Below are positions 7,864 through 18,005 of a DNA stretch of 64,000 nucleotides, one piece after another (the stretch's first letter is position 1; each line of letters opens with the position of its first letter). Both the position numbers and the translations under genes were made by a program. The notes beneath the pieces were generated by a model. It did no database searches, was not told the DNA's origin, and saw only the letters and a list, made by a program, of their open reading frames with translations. Source of the stretch: Lapidilactobacillus wuchangensis (GTDB lineage Bacteria > Bacillota > Bacilli > Lactobacillales > Lactobacillaceae); the NCBI RefSeq assembly GCF_003946645.1, contig NZ_RHOU01000002.1:26488-90487 (forward strand), in the 5' to 3' direction.

Positions 7864-10233
7864 GTGTTGACATTAAAAAAATATGAGTTAGAAAAAGAAG
7901 AAATTATTGCGGCAGTAAATAATTTAGAAAAAAAAGAAATTAAGGTAGCTCCATTTGCTAAAAATTACCATTACTTAGATTCACTAGATGAAATGCAGAA
8001 AGTTGCGGCAACTAGACTTGAAGGGAATTATCTTGTAATAGCGGGTCCGGGTGCTGGAAAGACACATACCTTGGTATATCGTGTTTTTCACATGATCAAG
8101 ATGGGGATTCCCGCTAAAGAAATCTGTTTAATTACGTTCACAAGGAAAGCGGCAAATCAACTAAAAAGGCGTCTGGAAGAACTATTACCCAAGGTTGAGA
8201 TTGGGTATATTGGCACCATTCATGGTCTTGCTTTTTTGCTGATTAGGAGATCTTTAAGTCCGGGAGTGAGGTTGCTTGATCCTGAGGATGACAGAATGAT
8301 CATGCGATTAGCTATGGAGGAACATTCCCTTAAGTTACCGGAACGTACAAGATTAACGACTGTCCAAAAAATTATTGATTACTCCAGTGTCACGTTGAAG
8401 TCAATAGATGAAGCACTTATAGATTTGAATAAAGAAGATATTAATTCTGATGATATAAAGAGAATCATGAAGGTGTATGAAAAGTATAAGAAGCAGTATG
8501 GGTATATTAATTTTAACGATGCTATTCTGTTGGCATCAGGCGCAGATCGTGGTTCATTAAATTATTTAATGGTTGATGAGTATCAAGATACCGATCCTTT
8601 ACAAATTCAAATGATTAAAGGTTTGGCTTTTCCGAACGTAATGGCAGTTGGAGACGATTTCCAATCAATATACTCATTCAGAGGCGCAGATAATAAAATT
8701 ATTCTTAATTTTGATAATGATTTTGAAAATGCAAAGGTAATTAAATTAAATATTAATTATCGCTCAACACGTGAAATTGTGGATCTCGAAAATCAGATCA
8801 CTGGAGCAACGGAATATGGATATAGAAAAGCACTAAAAGCTAATCGCAAAACTGGTTCTTGTCCTGTGACTTTTCCAGAAAGCTCAGACACGGGAGTTTC
8901 AGAAGTCATGACGCGTGTTAGAAAACTAATTGAAGAAGAAAGTGATGATAAGCTAGCGGTAATTTATCGGTACAATCGGCGAAAAGTAGATTTTGAATCT
9001 AATCTTATTAAAAATAAGATTGATTATGTTGTTTATGGAGGAATAAAATTATTAGAACGAAAACACATTAAAGATATATGCGCAATATTGCTGACAAATC
9101 AGAATAAGAATGATTTTATAGCATATATGAGGGCTTTAATGCTTTTAGAGGGAATTGGAGAAGTTTCAGCAAAACAGCTAATTCAGGGGCTTAAGAAATC
9201 TTCGCGAACCGACTTTCTGGAACTAAAACAAATCATCAATACGCAATATCCAAGTACTTTAGATTTGTTGAAAGATACTGAAAAATTCTATTTAGATTTG
9301 GAATCCGTGCTAAGTAAGTCAAACTATACAGTTGAAGAAATACAGGCAGATTTTGAAATACTTAATGAATTATCAAAAGACTATCAAAGCATCAATAATT
9401 TTATAAGCGACATCATACTCGATTCATCACAGGATAAATGGTCATCAAAAAAAAGTAACGTTAATGTTGTATTAACGACCATACATTCAGCAAAGGGTCT
9501 TGAGTTTGATGATGTGTTTTTTATTTATGATCCAGAAATTGTTTATTCTGTTGATAAGGCTGAAGAGAATAGAAGGCTTTTTTACACTGCAATTTCGCGT
9601 GCTAAGACCAGATTAACAATAATTGATGGTGGACATCGCAAAGATATTTCTCAGATACTCTCTGATTTTGAGGTTCAAGATATGTATCTTGATCCAGAAC
9701 TACTGGAAGATGAGGCGGAAATTACTGATACTAATTACTTAAATGTAGACGATGTAGAAAACAGTTTTGCTAAAAATGATGTTCGGCAGACAGAAATGAT
9801 CCAAAAGAATTGGACTGAAATAATAAATAGTGTAGCAAATTCAGAGCATCGTATGTTGTTGACAAAGTTGCAGGTAGCTGCTTCTTCTGAAGATACATTA
9901 TTGTTGGTATACGATTTAGATGACGAAAAAATAATTACATCTAATTCGAAACAACTTACTGATGAATTACAATCGGCTATGACGGCCTTGACTGATCATC
10001 TTATGTCAATAATTTTAATTGAACAGAATTCTTTTCAAAATATTGAGAGATCACGTAATGAAAGCACAAAAAAATATGAAGTTCCTAAGAGTGATAACAT
10101 TGATATCAAAGTTTTAGATCGTACAGAGGAAGATAACCATCAAAGTGAATCCAATTCTCCCCTTGAATCGCATACCTCCTTTATTAAAGTTGCTTTAGGT
10201 CACTTGTTTGGAAAACATAAGAAGGAAAATTAG
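7864..10233 (+). CDS. UvrD/REP (superfamily 1) DNA helicase with ~150-aa acidic C-terminal extension
   Basis: Walker A VIAGPGAGKTHTLVYR, motif Ia LITFTRKAANQLKRR, motif II MVDEYQDTDPLQ, motif III VGDDFQSIYSFRGA, motif IV NYRSTREIV, motif VI TIHSAKGLEFDDVFFI. Probable GTG start at 7864 with an AGGAAAG RBS. Low-GC codon usage. Confidence 0.85.
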   Translation: MLTLKKYELEKEEIIAAVNNLEKKEIKVAPFAKNYHYLDSLDEMQKVAATRLEGNYLVIAGPGAGKTHTLVYRVFHMIKMGIPAKEICLITFTRKAANQLKRRLEELLPKVEIGYIGTIHGLAFLLIRRSLSPGVRLLDPEDDRMIMRLAMEEHSLKLPERTRLTTVQKIIDYSSVTLKSIDEALIDLNKEDINSDDIKRIMKVYEKYKKQYGYINFNDAILLASGADRGSLNYLMVDEYQDTDPLQIQMIKGLAFPNVMAVGDDFQSIYSFRGADNKIILNFDNDFENAKVIKLNINYRSTREIVDLENQITGATEYGYRKALKANRKTGSCPVTFPESSDTGVSEVMTRVRKLIEEESDDKLAVIYRYNRRKVDFESNLIKNKIDYVVYGGIKLLERKHIKDICAILLTNQNKNDFIAYMRALMLLEGIGEVSAKQLIQGLKKSSRTDFLELKQIINTQYPSTLDLLKDTEKFYLDLESVLSKSNYTVEEIQADFEILNELSKDYQSINNFISDIILDSSQDKWSSKKSNVNVVLTTIHSAKGLEFDDVFFIYDPEIVYSVDKAEENRRLFYTAISRAKTRLTIIDGGHRKDISQILSDFEVQDMYLDPELLEDEAEITDTNYLNVDDVENSFAKNDVRQTEMIQKNWTEIINSVANSEHRMLLTKLQVAASSEDTLLLVYDLDDEKIITSNSKQLTDELQSAMTALTDHLMSIILIEQNSFQNIERSRNESTKKYEVPKSDNIDIKVLDRTEEDNHQSESNSPLESHTSFIKVALGHLFGKHKKEN

Positions 10234-10405
10234 ATACTGATAATACACCTTTTCCATGAGTGCGTTTAATTATTTAGGTTTATTTTCAAATAATTCCGGG
10301 AATAGTTCTTGTTTATATTAACAACCTTTAAAAATTAGTTTCTAAGAATTATTTAAGTCACATTAAAAAAGTAGGACAATCATGCTTACGTGTAAAACGT
10401 GTAAT

Positions 10406-10424
10406 TTACTCTAGAACTATAAGC
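10406..10424. repeat. direct repeat copy 1 (tttActctagaactataAg) flanking Type III R-M cassette
   Basis: 17/19 identical to 16006-16024 (tttGctctagaactataGg). The two copies bracket the mod-res module plus the tnpA fossil. Confidence 0.6.
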
Positions 10425-10438
10425 CTCACGTACTAGCC

Positions 10439-10468
10439 AGTGTTTCAGTCACTGGTTTTGTGTGTCAA
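10439..10468 (+). terminator. hairpin + U-run (ccagtgtttcagtcactgg ttttgtgtg); may also be an IS200-type subterminal hairpin
   Basis: Perfect 6-bp stem followed by TTTTGTGTG, downstream of the helicase gene and adjacent to the tnpA fossil. A second perfect hairpin gacccttgaaagggtc lies at 10508-10523. Confidence 0.35.
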
Positions 10469-10522
10469 AGCCAAACCACTTAAGCGATGTTTGTACTATT
10501 CATCCTGACCCTTGAAAGGGTC

Positions 10523-10990
10523 CTAATACCCGCACATACTCAATTTATCCATCACTTGATTATGTTTTTTCCCTAATCTAGAATATATATTCTTATATTT
10601 CTTTATAGTTGCTTCATTTTTTTCGATTGTGCTCATATAATATCCCTCTGACCAGAAATGTCGATTTTTAAATTTGTATGTTGATTGAACATCATTAACA
10701 CTGATTTCCCGTTTAAATACTTTATAAAGCTTGATATACTTATTTTTGGTTGTAACTCACCAACCAATGTACATGGCTCGGTATCATATGACCTTTAATA
10801 ATTTTCATGTCTTTATACTGGCTGACACAACAATCTAACATCATCCTGTAGATCTCGTCGATATTGTTTATAGATTACTTTTTTCTCATACTTTGGAGTG
10901 AATACGATATGGAGCCATTTGGTATGTGCAGGACTATTGAGGTTATTTGCCGTTTATGACGTCCTCTTTCGATTTTGATGACCTACATTT
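10523..10990 (-). pseudogene. tnpA: IS200/IS605-family tnpA (Y1/HuH transposase) fossil, multiply frameshifted with in-frame stops
   Basis: Minus-strand conceptual translation contains ...MRKK*SINNIDEIYRMMLDCCVSQYKDMKIIKGHMIPSHVHWLVSY. The SHVHWL stretch is the HuH motif of IS200 TnpA (HVHLL consensus). A second frame carries ...KFKNRHFWSEGYYMSTIEKNEATIKKYKNIYSRLGKKHNQ, matching the conserved C-terminal (F/L)WSxGY(F/Y)xST(V/I)G ... I.KYI.NQ block. Several stops and frame changes interrupt it, and no ORF >=60 aa is called here. Confidence 0.6.
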
Positions 10991-11316
10991 TAAATCTTAT
11001 AGGTGCATCTTTGGTATAGTCCTGCATAGTGAGTGGCTTTTTGTTTCACACTCATTCGTACATTCAACTTGGCCTAAGGCCATAACAAAACGTTTTGCTA
11101 CGGAAAAATGATTTTAGTAACATTGATGAATTTAAAGAGGAATACTGAGAATAAATTTTTGGTGAGATGTGGAAGATAATATCTATGACTTTTCAATTAA
11201 TGAAGATGTAAAGATTGAAGAAGTAAGTAGTCTTTATGTTATTAATACTTTTATCATTACAATATATTGGTGGAATGAAAAATTCAATGTTTTTAAAAAG
11301 ATGAAGGAGCAAAATT

Positions 11317-13275
11317 ATGTCTAAAATCGAGCCTAAATTATTCGACGAATTAAAAAAAGCACTTATCTCATTTGGGGACAAGTACTTCATTGGCGATGAA
11401 TTAAATCGTTCAAAAGTTTCTGATGATTTACGTGCTTATGATGAAGCTTTACTAGCAAAATTATTTGAAATTGATTTTATCAAAAAGAATTACATTAAAG
11501 AGGTTGCGGGACAAAAACTATTTCAAATTGATCAACTTGAAGAAGCGATTCTTTACGATGATTATTGGGACACAAGTTATACGAAATATGAAAACCGTGT
11601 TGGCTTAACTAGTAATGGCAAGTTTATTGAAGATAACCAGGATGTTGTTTTAGATTTTCCCTTTAAAGATGGTGTCCTAACGGCAAGCATGACCAAAGAA
11701 GATAATGAAAACGGCTATGACGATGCATTCTTAAATGAAGTTATCGAGAAAGATGAAATTGACCGCTTATTTGATAAGAAGATATTAAATAATGTGAAAA
11801 GATATGATGTTGACGGGGAAAAAGATACTGATTATTTTGATACAGAAAAAGACAATTTAATTATTAAAGGAAATAATCTGTTAGCGTTACATTCACTCAA
11901 TGAAATGTATTCGGGTAAGGTTAGATTTATTTATCTTGACCCACCTTATTATTTTGACAAGAGTAAGCCTAGCGATGCTTTTTCATATAATTCAAATTTT
12001 AAATTATCGTCTTGGCTAGTATTTATGAAGAATCGTTTAGAAGTTGCACGTGATTTACTTGATAGTGATGGTGTTATTTTTGTTTCTATTAGTGAAGATG
12101 GGCAAGCCTATTTAAAAATATTGATGGATGATGTATTCGGGAAAAATAATTTTGTCGAAACGTTTATTTGGCGAAATACTGATAATGCTGATTCTCTGGG
12201 GAATAAGAGCCGTTCCGGTTTGGAGTATATCCATGCATATGAAAAAGTTAAGAATTCAAATAGAAAATGGATTGGAAAAGATACAGAGAATGGTGATGCA
12301 CCCTTATTAAACTCTAGTAATGGTGTTAGTCAACTGGAATTTGAACCGGGAATTATACGGTTTAATATACCAGATGGAATTTATAAGGCAGGTAGTTATC
12401 CTAAAATTGAGCTTCTTGATGATTTGATTGTTGAAGATGGTAAAAATAAAAATATTATCAAACTCAAAGGAAAGTTCAAATGGAGTCAATCCTACCTAGA
12501 TGAAGAAGTACGAAAAGGTGGAGATTTTATAATTAAATCGAAGCAGTTCTCTATTCGTTATCAGAAATCTGAAAGCAATTCTATGGCACCTGAGAAAATG
12601 GTTGATACCACCTATCTTTCTAAAATGTTTGGTGTTGGTAGCTATGAAGATTCAAATTCACATTTAGAAAATTTACAAGTAAATTTCACGTACTCCAAAC
12701 CAGAATCTTTAATTGCTTTTCTTATGAGAGCAACTACTGAAGAAGATGATCTCGTCCTAGATTTCTTCATGGGATCTGCCACAACACAAGCTGTTGCAAT
12801 GAAGATGCACCGTCGATTTATTGGTATTGAACAAATGGATTATATTAATACTGTTTCAGTTCCTCGTTTACAAAAAGTCATTGCTGGCGAACAAGGGGGT
12901 ATATCTAAAGATGTTAATTGGCAAGGTGGTGGCTCATTCGTCTATGCTGAATTGATGCAAAAGAATATGGGGTATTTACAAGATATTATCGCCTCTACAA
13001 CAATTGATGAATTACATGAAATCTATAACCGTATGTTATCCGGTGTAGATGGCTCACAAGAATCAGCGGATATTTCTTTTAAAGCAGATTTAGATAAAAT
13101 TGAATGGGATGCAACTAAGGTTAAATTTGATGATCAAAAACGTCTGTTGATTAAGTTACTTGATAAAAATGGGTTGTACTATAATTACTCTGAAATTGAT
13201 GATCAGAATGTTCGAGAATTTTTGTCAGATAGTGATTATCAGTTCAATAAAGATTTCTATGGGACTGGTGAGTAA
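11317..13275 (+). CDS. mod: Type III restriction-modification Mod subunit (beta-class N6-adenine DNA methyltransferase)
   Basis: Motif IV IYLDPPYYFD precedes motif I DFFMGSATTQAVAMKMHRRFIGIE (beta-class order). 652 aa. Translationally coupled to the downstream res gene (stop 13275, ATG 13278). Confidence 0.85.
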   Translation: MSKIEPKLFDELKKALISFGDKYFIGDELNRSKVSDDLRAYDEALLAKLFEIDFIKKNYIKEVAGQKLFQIDQLEEAILYDDYWDTSYTKYENRVGLTSNGKFIEDNQDVVLDFPFKDGVLTASMTKEDNENGYDDAFLNEVIEKDEIDRLFDKKILNNVKRYDVDGEKDTDYFDTEKDNLIIKGNNLLALHSLNEMYSGKVRFIYLDPPYYFDKSKPSDAFSYNSNFKLSSWLVFMKNRLEVARDLLDSDGVIFVSISEDGQAYLKILMDDVFGKNNFVETFIWRNTDNADSLGNKSRSGLEYIHAYEKVKNSNRKWIGKDTENGDAPLLNSSNGVSQLEFEPGIIRFNIPDGIYKAGSYPKIELLDDLIVEDGKNKNIIKLKGKFKWSQSYLDEEVRKGGDFIIKSKQFSIRYQKSESNSMAPEKMVDTTYLSKMFGVGSYEDSNSHLENLQVNFTYSKPESLIAFLMRATTEEDDLVLDFFMGSATTQAVAMKMHRRFIGIEQMDYINTVSVPRLQKVIAGEQGGISKDVNWQGGGSFVYAELMQKNMGYLQDIIASTTIDELHEIYNRMLSGVDGSQESADISFKADLDKIEWDATKVKFDDQKRLLIKLLDKNGLYYNYSEIDDQNVREFLSDSDYQFNKDFYGTGE

Positions 13276-13277
13276 TT

Positions 13278-15986
13278 ATGGCGAAGTCTAAGAATAAAGA
13301 TGTTCAATCATTGAAATTTCCTTTAGTGGAACAGGCTGAACATGCAGAGAAAGATTTATTTCAAGAGAATTGGGCCATTCCTGATTATATTACAAATAAC
13401 TTAGCTCATACTTTTCGACCATATCAAGATAAAGCGCTAAGTAATTATCGTTATACACAAACACAAATCAAGCCTAACCCACAACATGTCTTGTTCAATA
13501 TGGCAACAGGATCTGGGAAAACGGATTTAATGGCAGCTTTAATTTTATATTTGTATCACGATCAAGGTTACACAAATTTCTTATTTACCGTGAATACGAA
13601 CTCGGTTCTGATGAAGACAAAAGATAATCTGATTAATACTGACAGCGATAAGTATCTCTTTCAAGATAAAATTGAGATTGCTGGACAATATATTACGATT
13701 CAAGAGGTCAATCGCTATCCAAGAATCAAACAGGCCAATACAGTTTATCTTAAACTTGCAACTGTTCAAACAGTTTCGAATGATTTATTTACGGTCAAAG
13801 AAAATACGATGGGTTTAACTGATTATGAACAAGATCCAGTCGCAATCTTGGCTGATGAAGCCCATCACTATTCAGCAAGTACGAAGTCGGAAAAAGAAGC
13901 AGAACATACCTGGGAATCAGCGATTAACAAGATTTTGAATGCTAGAAATACTGAAGACCAAAAAAATTTGTTGCTCGAGTTTACAGCAACAGTCGATTTT
14001 GAGAAGACTGCTATCAATGATAAATACCGTGATAAGGTTGTTTATCGTTATCCTTTAAGTCGTTTTATGTATGATGGGTACTCGAAACAAGTTAAGCGGA
14101 TTGAAACGTCAGCTAGTGATGATGAAAAAATGTTAAATGTCGTACTGCTCTCTCAGTTTAGAAAATATCGTGCTCAAATTGAAAATGTCACCAGTACCTT
14201 CAAACCAATTATCATGTTTAAGTCTGCTAAAGTTGCTGTTTCTAAAAAGGCGAATGCTAAATTTAACGAGATTATTGCCAAGCTAACCGCTAAAGATTTA
14301 TTAGCCTTTATTGAACGTCAGCAACTGATGGATAGCAATGATAATGCAGCACTTGAGATTGCTTATAATTATTATTTAAAGAATAAAGATAACTTAGGTA
14401 AAATTGTCCGCGAAATCAAACATGATTTTGACCCTAAAAATGTTTTAAATGCGAATGACGCTAGTGGCAATATGCTTGAAAAAGGTCAGTATGAGGCATT
14501 AAATTCTTTAGAAAGTTCTAATAATTTTTATCGTGTTGTTTTTGCGGTTGCCAAACTCACTGAAGGCTGGGATGTCTTGAACTTATATGATATTGTTCGT
14601 ATCAATGAAGAGGCTGCAACTAATAAAAATGCCACGATGGTAGAGGCTCAATTGATCGGTCGCGGCGCACGCTACTATCCATTTGAGATTAATGGTAAGA
14701 AGAGTTATCAACGCCGGTTTGATCAAGATCCATCTAATAAGCAACTCCTACTAGAGACACTTCATTATCACACAATGAATGAACCACAATACTTAAAACA
14801 GCTAGTTGGATCATTAAAGCAAATGGATTTGCCAACTAGCAAAGATAGTAAAAATCCTCCCATTGAAATTAAAGTTAAATCTGAGTTCAAAAGAACTGAG
14901 GCTTACCGACACGGAAAGATTTACTATAATGAATCAGTTGACGTTCCTAGTAGTTACTTTGACAGCATTCAAAAGTATGGTATTGAGCATAAACCTGATC
15001 TTCAGCGTAATTTAAATTATGGTTCACGGGAAGTTAATTATTCGGCGTATGCAGCAAACGTCGAGACTAAGACAATCAGTGTTTCAAAATTTGATGATCG
15101 TTACATCAAAAAAGCTATTCAAAAGTTAGATTTTTATCAGTTTTCAAATTTGAAAAAATATATTCCTAATATTCAGTCCATGAATGATTTTATTTATGGA
15201 AGTAACTGGTTGAATGCTAATAATCTAAAATTATTTTTAACGGTACCTGTTGAATATCGTGAAGCTAATTTGACCGCAGAAGAAATCTTAAAAGTTATCA
15301 TTGATCTTCTAAAAGAATACCAAGTTAAAATCCAATCAGGTTATGTTAAGCAGCGCGGAACTAATAACTTTATCGGCTATCCAATTAAGGAATATCTCAG
15401 TGATTATAATAAACGTGTCCCTGAGTATGATACACAAACACAATTTGATAAAACGCAAGATATTAAAGTTTATCAAATGAAAGATGATCCATTTTATGTT
15501 TATGATAATGCTATTGTTAATCGACTTGAGTATCAATTAATTGAACGAATTAAGGCATATGTTGAGGATTTAAAAGTTAAGTATGGTAAAGCAGTATACC
15601 TTTTTCGCATGGATGAAACGATGCATCGAGAATCAGCTAAGAGCGAAAAACTGAAGTTACATCAATATCAGGAAAAACCTAAATATGGCATTCATCTGAC
15701 AGGATTTCAACCAGACTTCATTTTATTTCTTGAAGATACAAATGATTATTATTTCCAAATTTTTATTGAGCCTAAGGGCATGAGTGGCGAACGCTTTGAG
15801 AAAGAATTATGGAAAGAAGAGCTTCTGTTATATATGACGGATCATCATGCTGATATGGAATTTATGGACAATGAAAGCGATATTCAGATTAGTGGTTTAA
15901 AATTTTATACTAATGGTGATGGACGTGGCACAATGGAACAATTAAAAGAAATCACAAACATTGCGAATTATACAGACAAACCATGA
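13278..15986 (+). CDS. res: Type III restriction enzyme Res subunit (SF2 helicase + C-terminal PD-(D/E)xK nuclease)
   Basis: Walker A FNMATGSGKTDLMAALILY, DEAH box ILADEAHH, C-terminal nuclease motif GFQPDFILFL ... IFIEPKG. 902 aa. Confidence 0.85.
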   Translation: MAKSKNKDVQSLKFPLVEQAEHAEKDLFQENWAIPDYITNNLAHTFRPYQDKALSNYRYTQTQIKPNPQHVLFNMATGSGKTDLMAALILYLYHDQGYTNFLFTVNTNSVLMKTKDNLINTDSDKYLFQDKIEIAGQYITIQEVNRYPRIKQANTVYLKLATVQTVSNDLFTVKENTMGLTDYEQDPVAILADEAHHYSASTKSEKEAEHTWESAINKILNARNTEDQKNLLLEFTATVDFEKTAINDKYRDKVVYRYPLSRFMYDGYSKQVKRIETSASDDEKMLNVVLLSQFRKYRAQIENVTSTFKPIIMFKSAKVAVSKKANAKFNEIIAKLTAKDLLAFIERQQLMDSNDNAALEIAYNYYLKNKDNLGKIVREIKHDFDPKNVLNANDASGNMLEKGQYEALNSLESSNNFYRVVFAVAKLTEGWDVLNLYDIVRINEEAATNKNATMVEAQLIGRGARYYPFEINGKKSYQRRFDQDPSNKQLLLETLHYHTMNEPQYLKQLVGSLKQMDLPTSKDSKNPPIEIKVKSEFKRTEAYRHGKIYYNESVDVPSSYFDSIQKYGIEHKPDLQRNLNYGSREVNYSAYAANVETKTISVSKFDDRYIKKAIQKLDFYQFSNLKKYIPNIQSMNDFIYGSNWLNANNLKLFLTVPVEYREANLTAEEILKVIIDLLKEYQVKIQSGYVKQRGTNNFIGYPIKEYLSDYNKRVPEYDTQTQFDKTQDIKVYQMKDDPFYVYDNAIVNRLEYQLIERIKAYVEDLKVKYGKAVYLFRMDETMHRESAKSEKLKLHQYQEKPKYGIHLTGFQPDFILFLEDTNDYYFQIFIEPKGMSGERFEKELWKEELLLYMTDHHADMEFMDNESDIQISGLKFYTNGDGRGTMEQLKEITNIANYTDKP

Positions 15987-16005
15987 CTACCCGTAAAATG
16001 AGTAG

Positions 16006-16024
16006 TTTGCTCTAGAACTATAGG
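16006..16024. repeat. direct repeat copy 2 (tttGctctagaactataGg)
   Basis: See 10406-10424. Lies 20 nt after the res stop codon. Confidence 0.6.
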
Positions 16025-16417
16025 ACCTATGTACAAGTCAGCGTCTATAATCACCTCCAAGCTCTTGGTAGAATTATCCTATCATCAGTTTGGAGGTTTT
16101 ACATATGAGAGAAATTATTAAATTGAACCTTGATAATCTTAGAAAATCAACTCGTTTAGATAACACAGTCTGCTTCCTGCGAACAGAACATTGAACGATT
16201 AAAATTTTTAATGGGATTAAGCCACACCTATTTGAATCACTACTGAAGGTGGTTTCGGGTCATGGCGAGTAAATTGCTCGATGTTGAAGCGGTTTATTTG
16301 ATTTGTGGTCGACAACTAGGCAAGTAATGTTTTATTCCTAGTAGCTAGTTATGATGAACGCGGTAGCTTTTATAATATGAGGCGTGATGCTTGAATTAAT
16401 TCAAAGAGCGAACGTAG

Positions 16418-16446
16418 GTTCTCTTTTGGTCTATATATGGTATAAT
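16418..16446 (+). promoter_or_regulatory. candidate sigma-A promoter with extended -10 (TGgTATAAT) for the cyclase operon
   Basis: tggtataat at 16438-16446, ~38 nt upstream of the ATG at 16484. The -35 element is weak (ttctct). Confidence 0.35.
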
Positions 16447-16483
16447 GGCTTTATTAAAATACTATATATAGGCAGGCGTGTGT

Positions 16484-17584
16484 ATGAAAGATACATCTTA
16501 TGTTTTACAGAAAATCTGTAGCCAAATTTCACTATCTGATACGGCGAAAGCTAATGTTGTTCGGGAATATACCTCACTTGGAAAGTTAATTTCCAACAGT
16601 GATTTAATCGGCTGTAGAACTGAAATAAAACCTCAAGGATCATATAATCTTGGAACAGCTATAATGCCCTTAAATGGTTCCGATGATGATTTTGATATTG
16701 ACTTGGTAGCTATTTTGGATGAGATGCCAACTGCTCAGAAAACTAAAATTGTTATCGGTGATGTATTAAAAGCAAGTGATTTGTATTCATCCAAACTATT
16801 GCCTGAGAAAAAACGTGCTTGGACAATTGACTATGCCAAGTCACACGTGGATGTTGTTCCGGCAGTTAAAAATGATGTGGCAGATATCTCGGTGACAAAT
16901 AAAAATAGCAAAGATAATTATGATTATCATCCAAGTAGTCCATTTAAATTCAAGGAATGGTTTATTGAAAAGGGACAAGATATTTATCAAGGGTCTACTA
17001 CTGTCAAAAACCATATTCGTAATGAAGTGGAACAGCCTGAGGAATATGATCAATCTACAATTTTACAACAGGTTGTGCAGTTGTTGAAATTTCATCGAAA
17101 TAAGATGTTTGAGAATCGACCTGATAAGGAAAAGCCAATCTCAATGGTAATTACCATTTTAGCAGCTCAGTCCTATAACGGTCAGAACGATCTTTCAACT
17201 GCTTTGGTAGAAGTAACTAATAGATTACGCGATCAAATTGAATATGATGTACAAGGAGTTCCACACATCCTCAATCCGACAAATCCGAAAGAAGATTTTA
17301 CTGATAAATGGAAAGAGCATCCCGAACGGAAGACAGCTTTTTTTGAATGGCTTCAAGTTGTTGAACGAGAATTGGGAACCACAAACAAGACAAATATTAT
17401 TTCATGGCAAGAGACACTTTCAAAAGTCTATGGTGAGAAACGCACACGAAACGCGTTTAATGATTTAGGCAAATGGCGATCAGATATTCAAAGACGCGGA
17501 GAAATACCTGTTAATGATGCTGGAATATTTGAAGATGAACATAGTGACAATTATGTGACACCAAATACCTTTTGGGGGGATTAA
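16484..17584 (+). CDS. SMODS-type / cGAS-DncV-like nucleotidyltransferase (CD-NTase), CBASS-type cyclase
   Basis: N-terminal pol-beta NTase signature QGSYNLGTAI ... GSDDDFDIDLV (G[SG]x9-13DxD) plus a third acidic block SHVDVVPAV. ~367 aa, typical CD-NTase length. The ATG at 16484 is preferred over the tracked GTG at 16478. Confidence 0.75.
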   Translation: MKDTSYVLQKICSQISLSDTAKANVVREYTSLGKLISNSDLIGCRTEIKPQGSYNLGTAIMPLNGSDDDFDIDLVAILDEMPTAQKTKIVIGDVLKASDLYSSKLLPEKKRAWTIDYAKSHVDVVPAVKNDVADISVTNKNSKDNYDYHPSSPFKFKEWFIEKGQDIYQGSTTVKNHIRNEVEQPEEYDQSTILQQVVQLLKFHRNKMFENRPDKEKPISMVITILAAQSYNGQNDLSTALVEVTNRLRDQIEYDVQGVPHILNPTNPKEDFTDKWKEHPERKTAFFEWLQVVERELGTTNKTNIISWQETLSKVYGEKRTRNAFNDLGKWRSDIQRRGEIPVNDAGIFEDEHSDNYVTPNTFWGD

Positions 17585-17585
17585 A

Positions 17586-18005
17586 TTGTCTAATGTTTGT
17601 AGACTTAAGTATTATTATCAATTAAATTTGTTATTTCCTAATCCCCATAATTCAATAACTGCAAATGGCTATTTTCATGTTTATGGAAATATACAGGCTA
17701 ATTCACTCGGAAAAAAGTACAAGATTGAATTTCGATCTTGTAAAAAAAATATTCAGGTTATCATTCACAACTTTTTTATTCCGGGGTCGTTATATGATAT
17801 ACCGCATATCTTTGTAAATCAATCTAGTAAAGAAAAAAAAGAAATTTTCTTGTGTTTATATAGAAACAAGCATAATCGAAAAGAATTTATCTTCGGTGAT
17901 AATTTAAAAGAGACATTAATTCCTTGGACAAAAGAATGGTTGTATTTTTATGAATTATTTTTAGTTACTGGAAAATGGTATGGGAACGGTGAACATCCTG
18001 AGTAA
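17586..18005 (+). CDS. hypothetical 139-aa basic/aromatic-rich protein, middle gene of cyclase operon (TTG start, no internal Met)
   Basis: Starts 2 nt after the cyclase stop with a GGGGGGA SD 6 nt upstream of TTG. A 139-codon open frame in ~30% GC DNA is unlikely by chance. Overlaps the next gene by 26 nt. No TM segment and no recognisable motif. Confidence 0.45.
   Translation: MSNVCRLKYYYQLNLLFPNPHNSITANGYFHVYGNIQANSLGKKYKIEFRSCKKNIQVIIHNFFIPGSLYDIPHIFVNQSSKEKKEIFLCLYRNKHNRKEFIFGDNLKETLIPWTKEWLYFYELFLVTGKWYGNGEHPE

Noticed and set aside
11317-13275. Phase-variable simple-sequence repeat in the Type III mod gene
   Set aside because: Only short homopolymers (A7 at ~11352) were found, which are common in 30% GC DNA. 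There are no tetra- or pentanucleotide repeat tracts.
16040-16440. Short ORF fragments between res and the cyclase operon (e.g. MREIIKLNLDNLRKSTRLDNTVCFLRTEH, 16104-16193)
   Set aside because: Too short and interrupted to assign. Possibly remnants of a displaced gene or mobile element, but no diagnostic motif was found.
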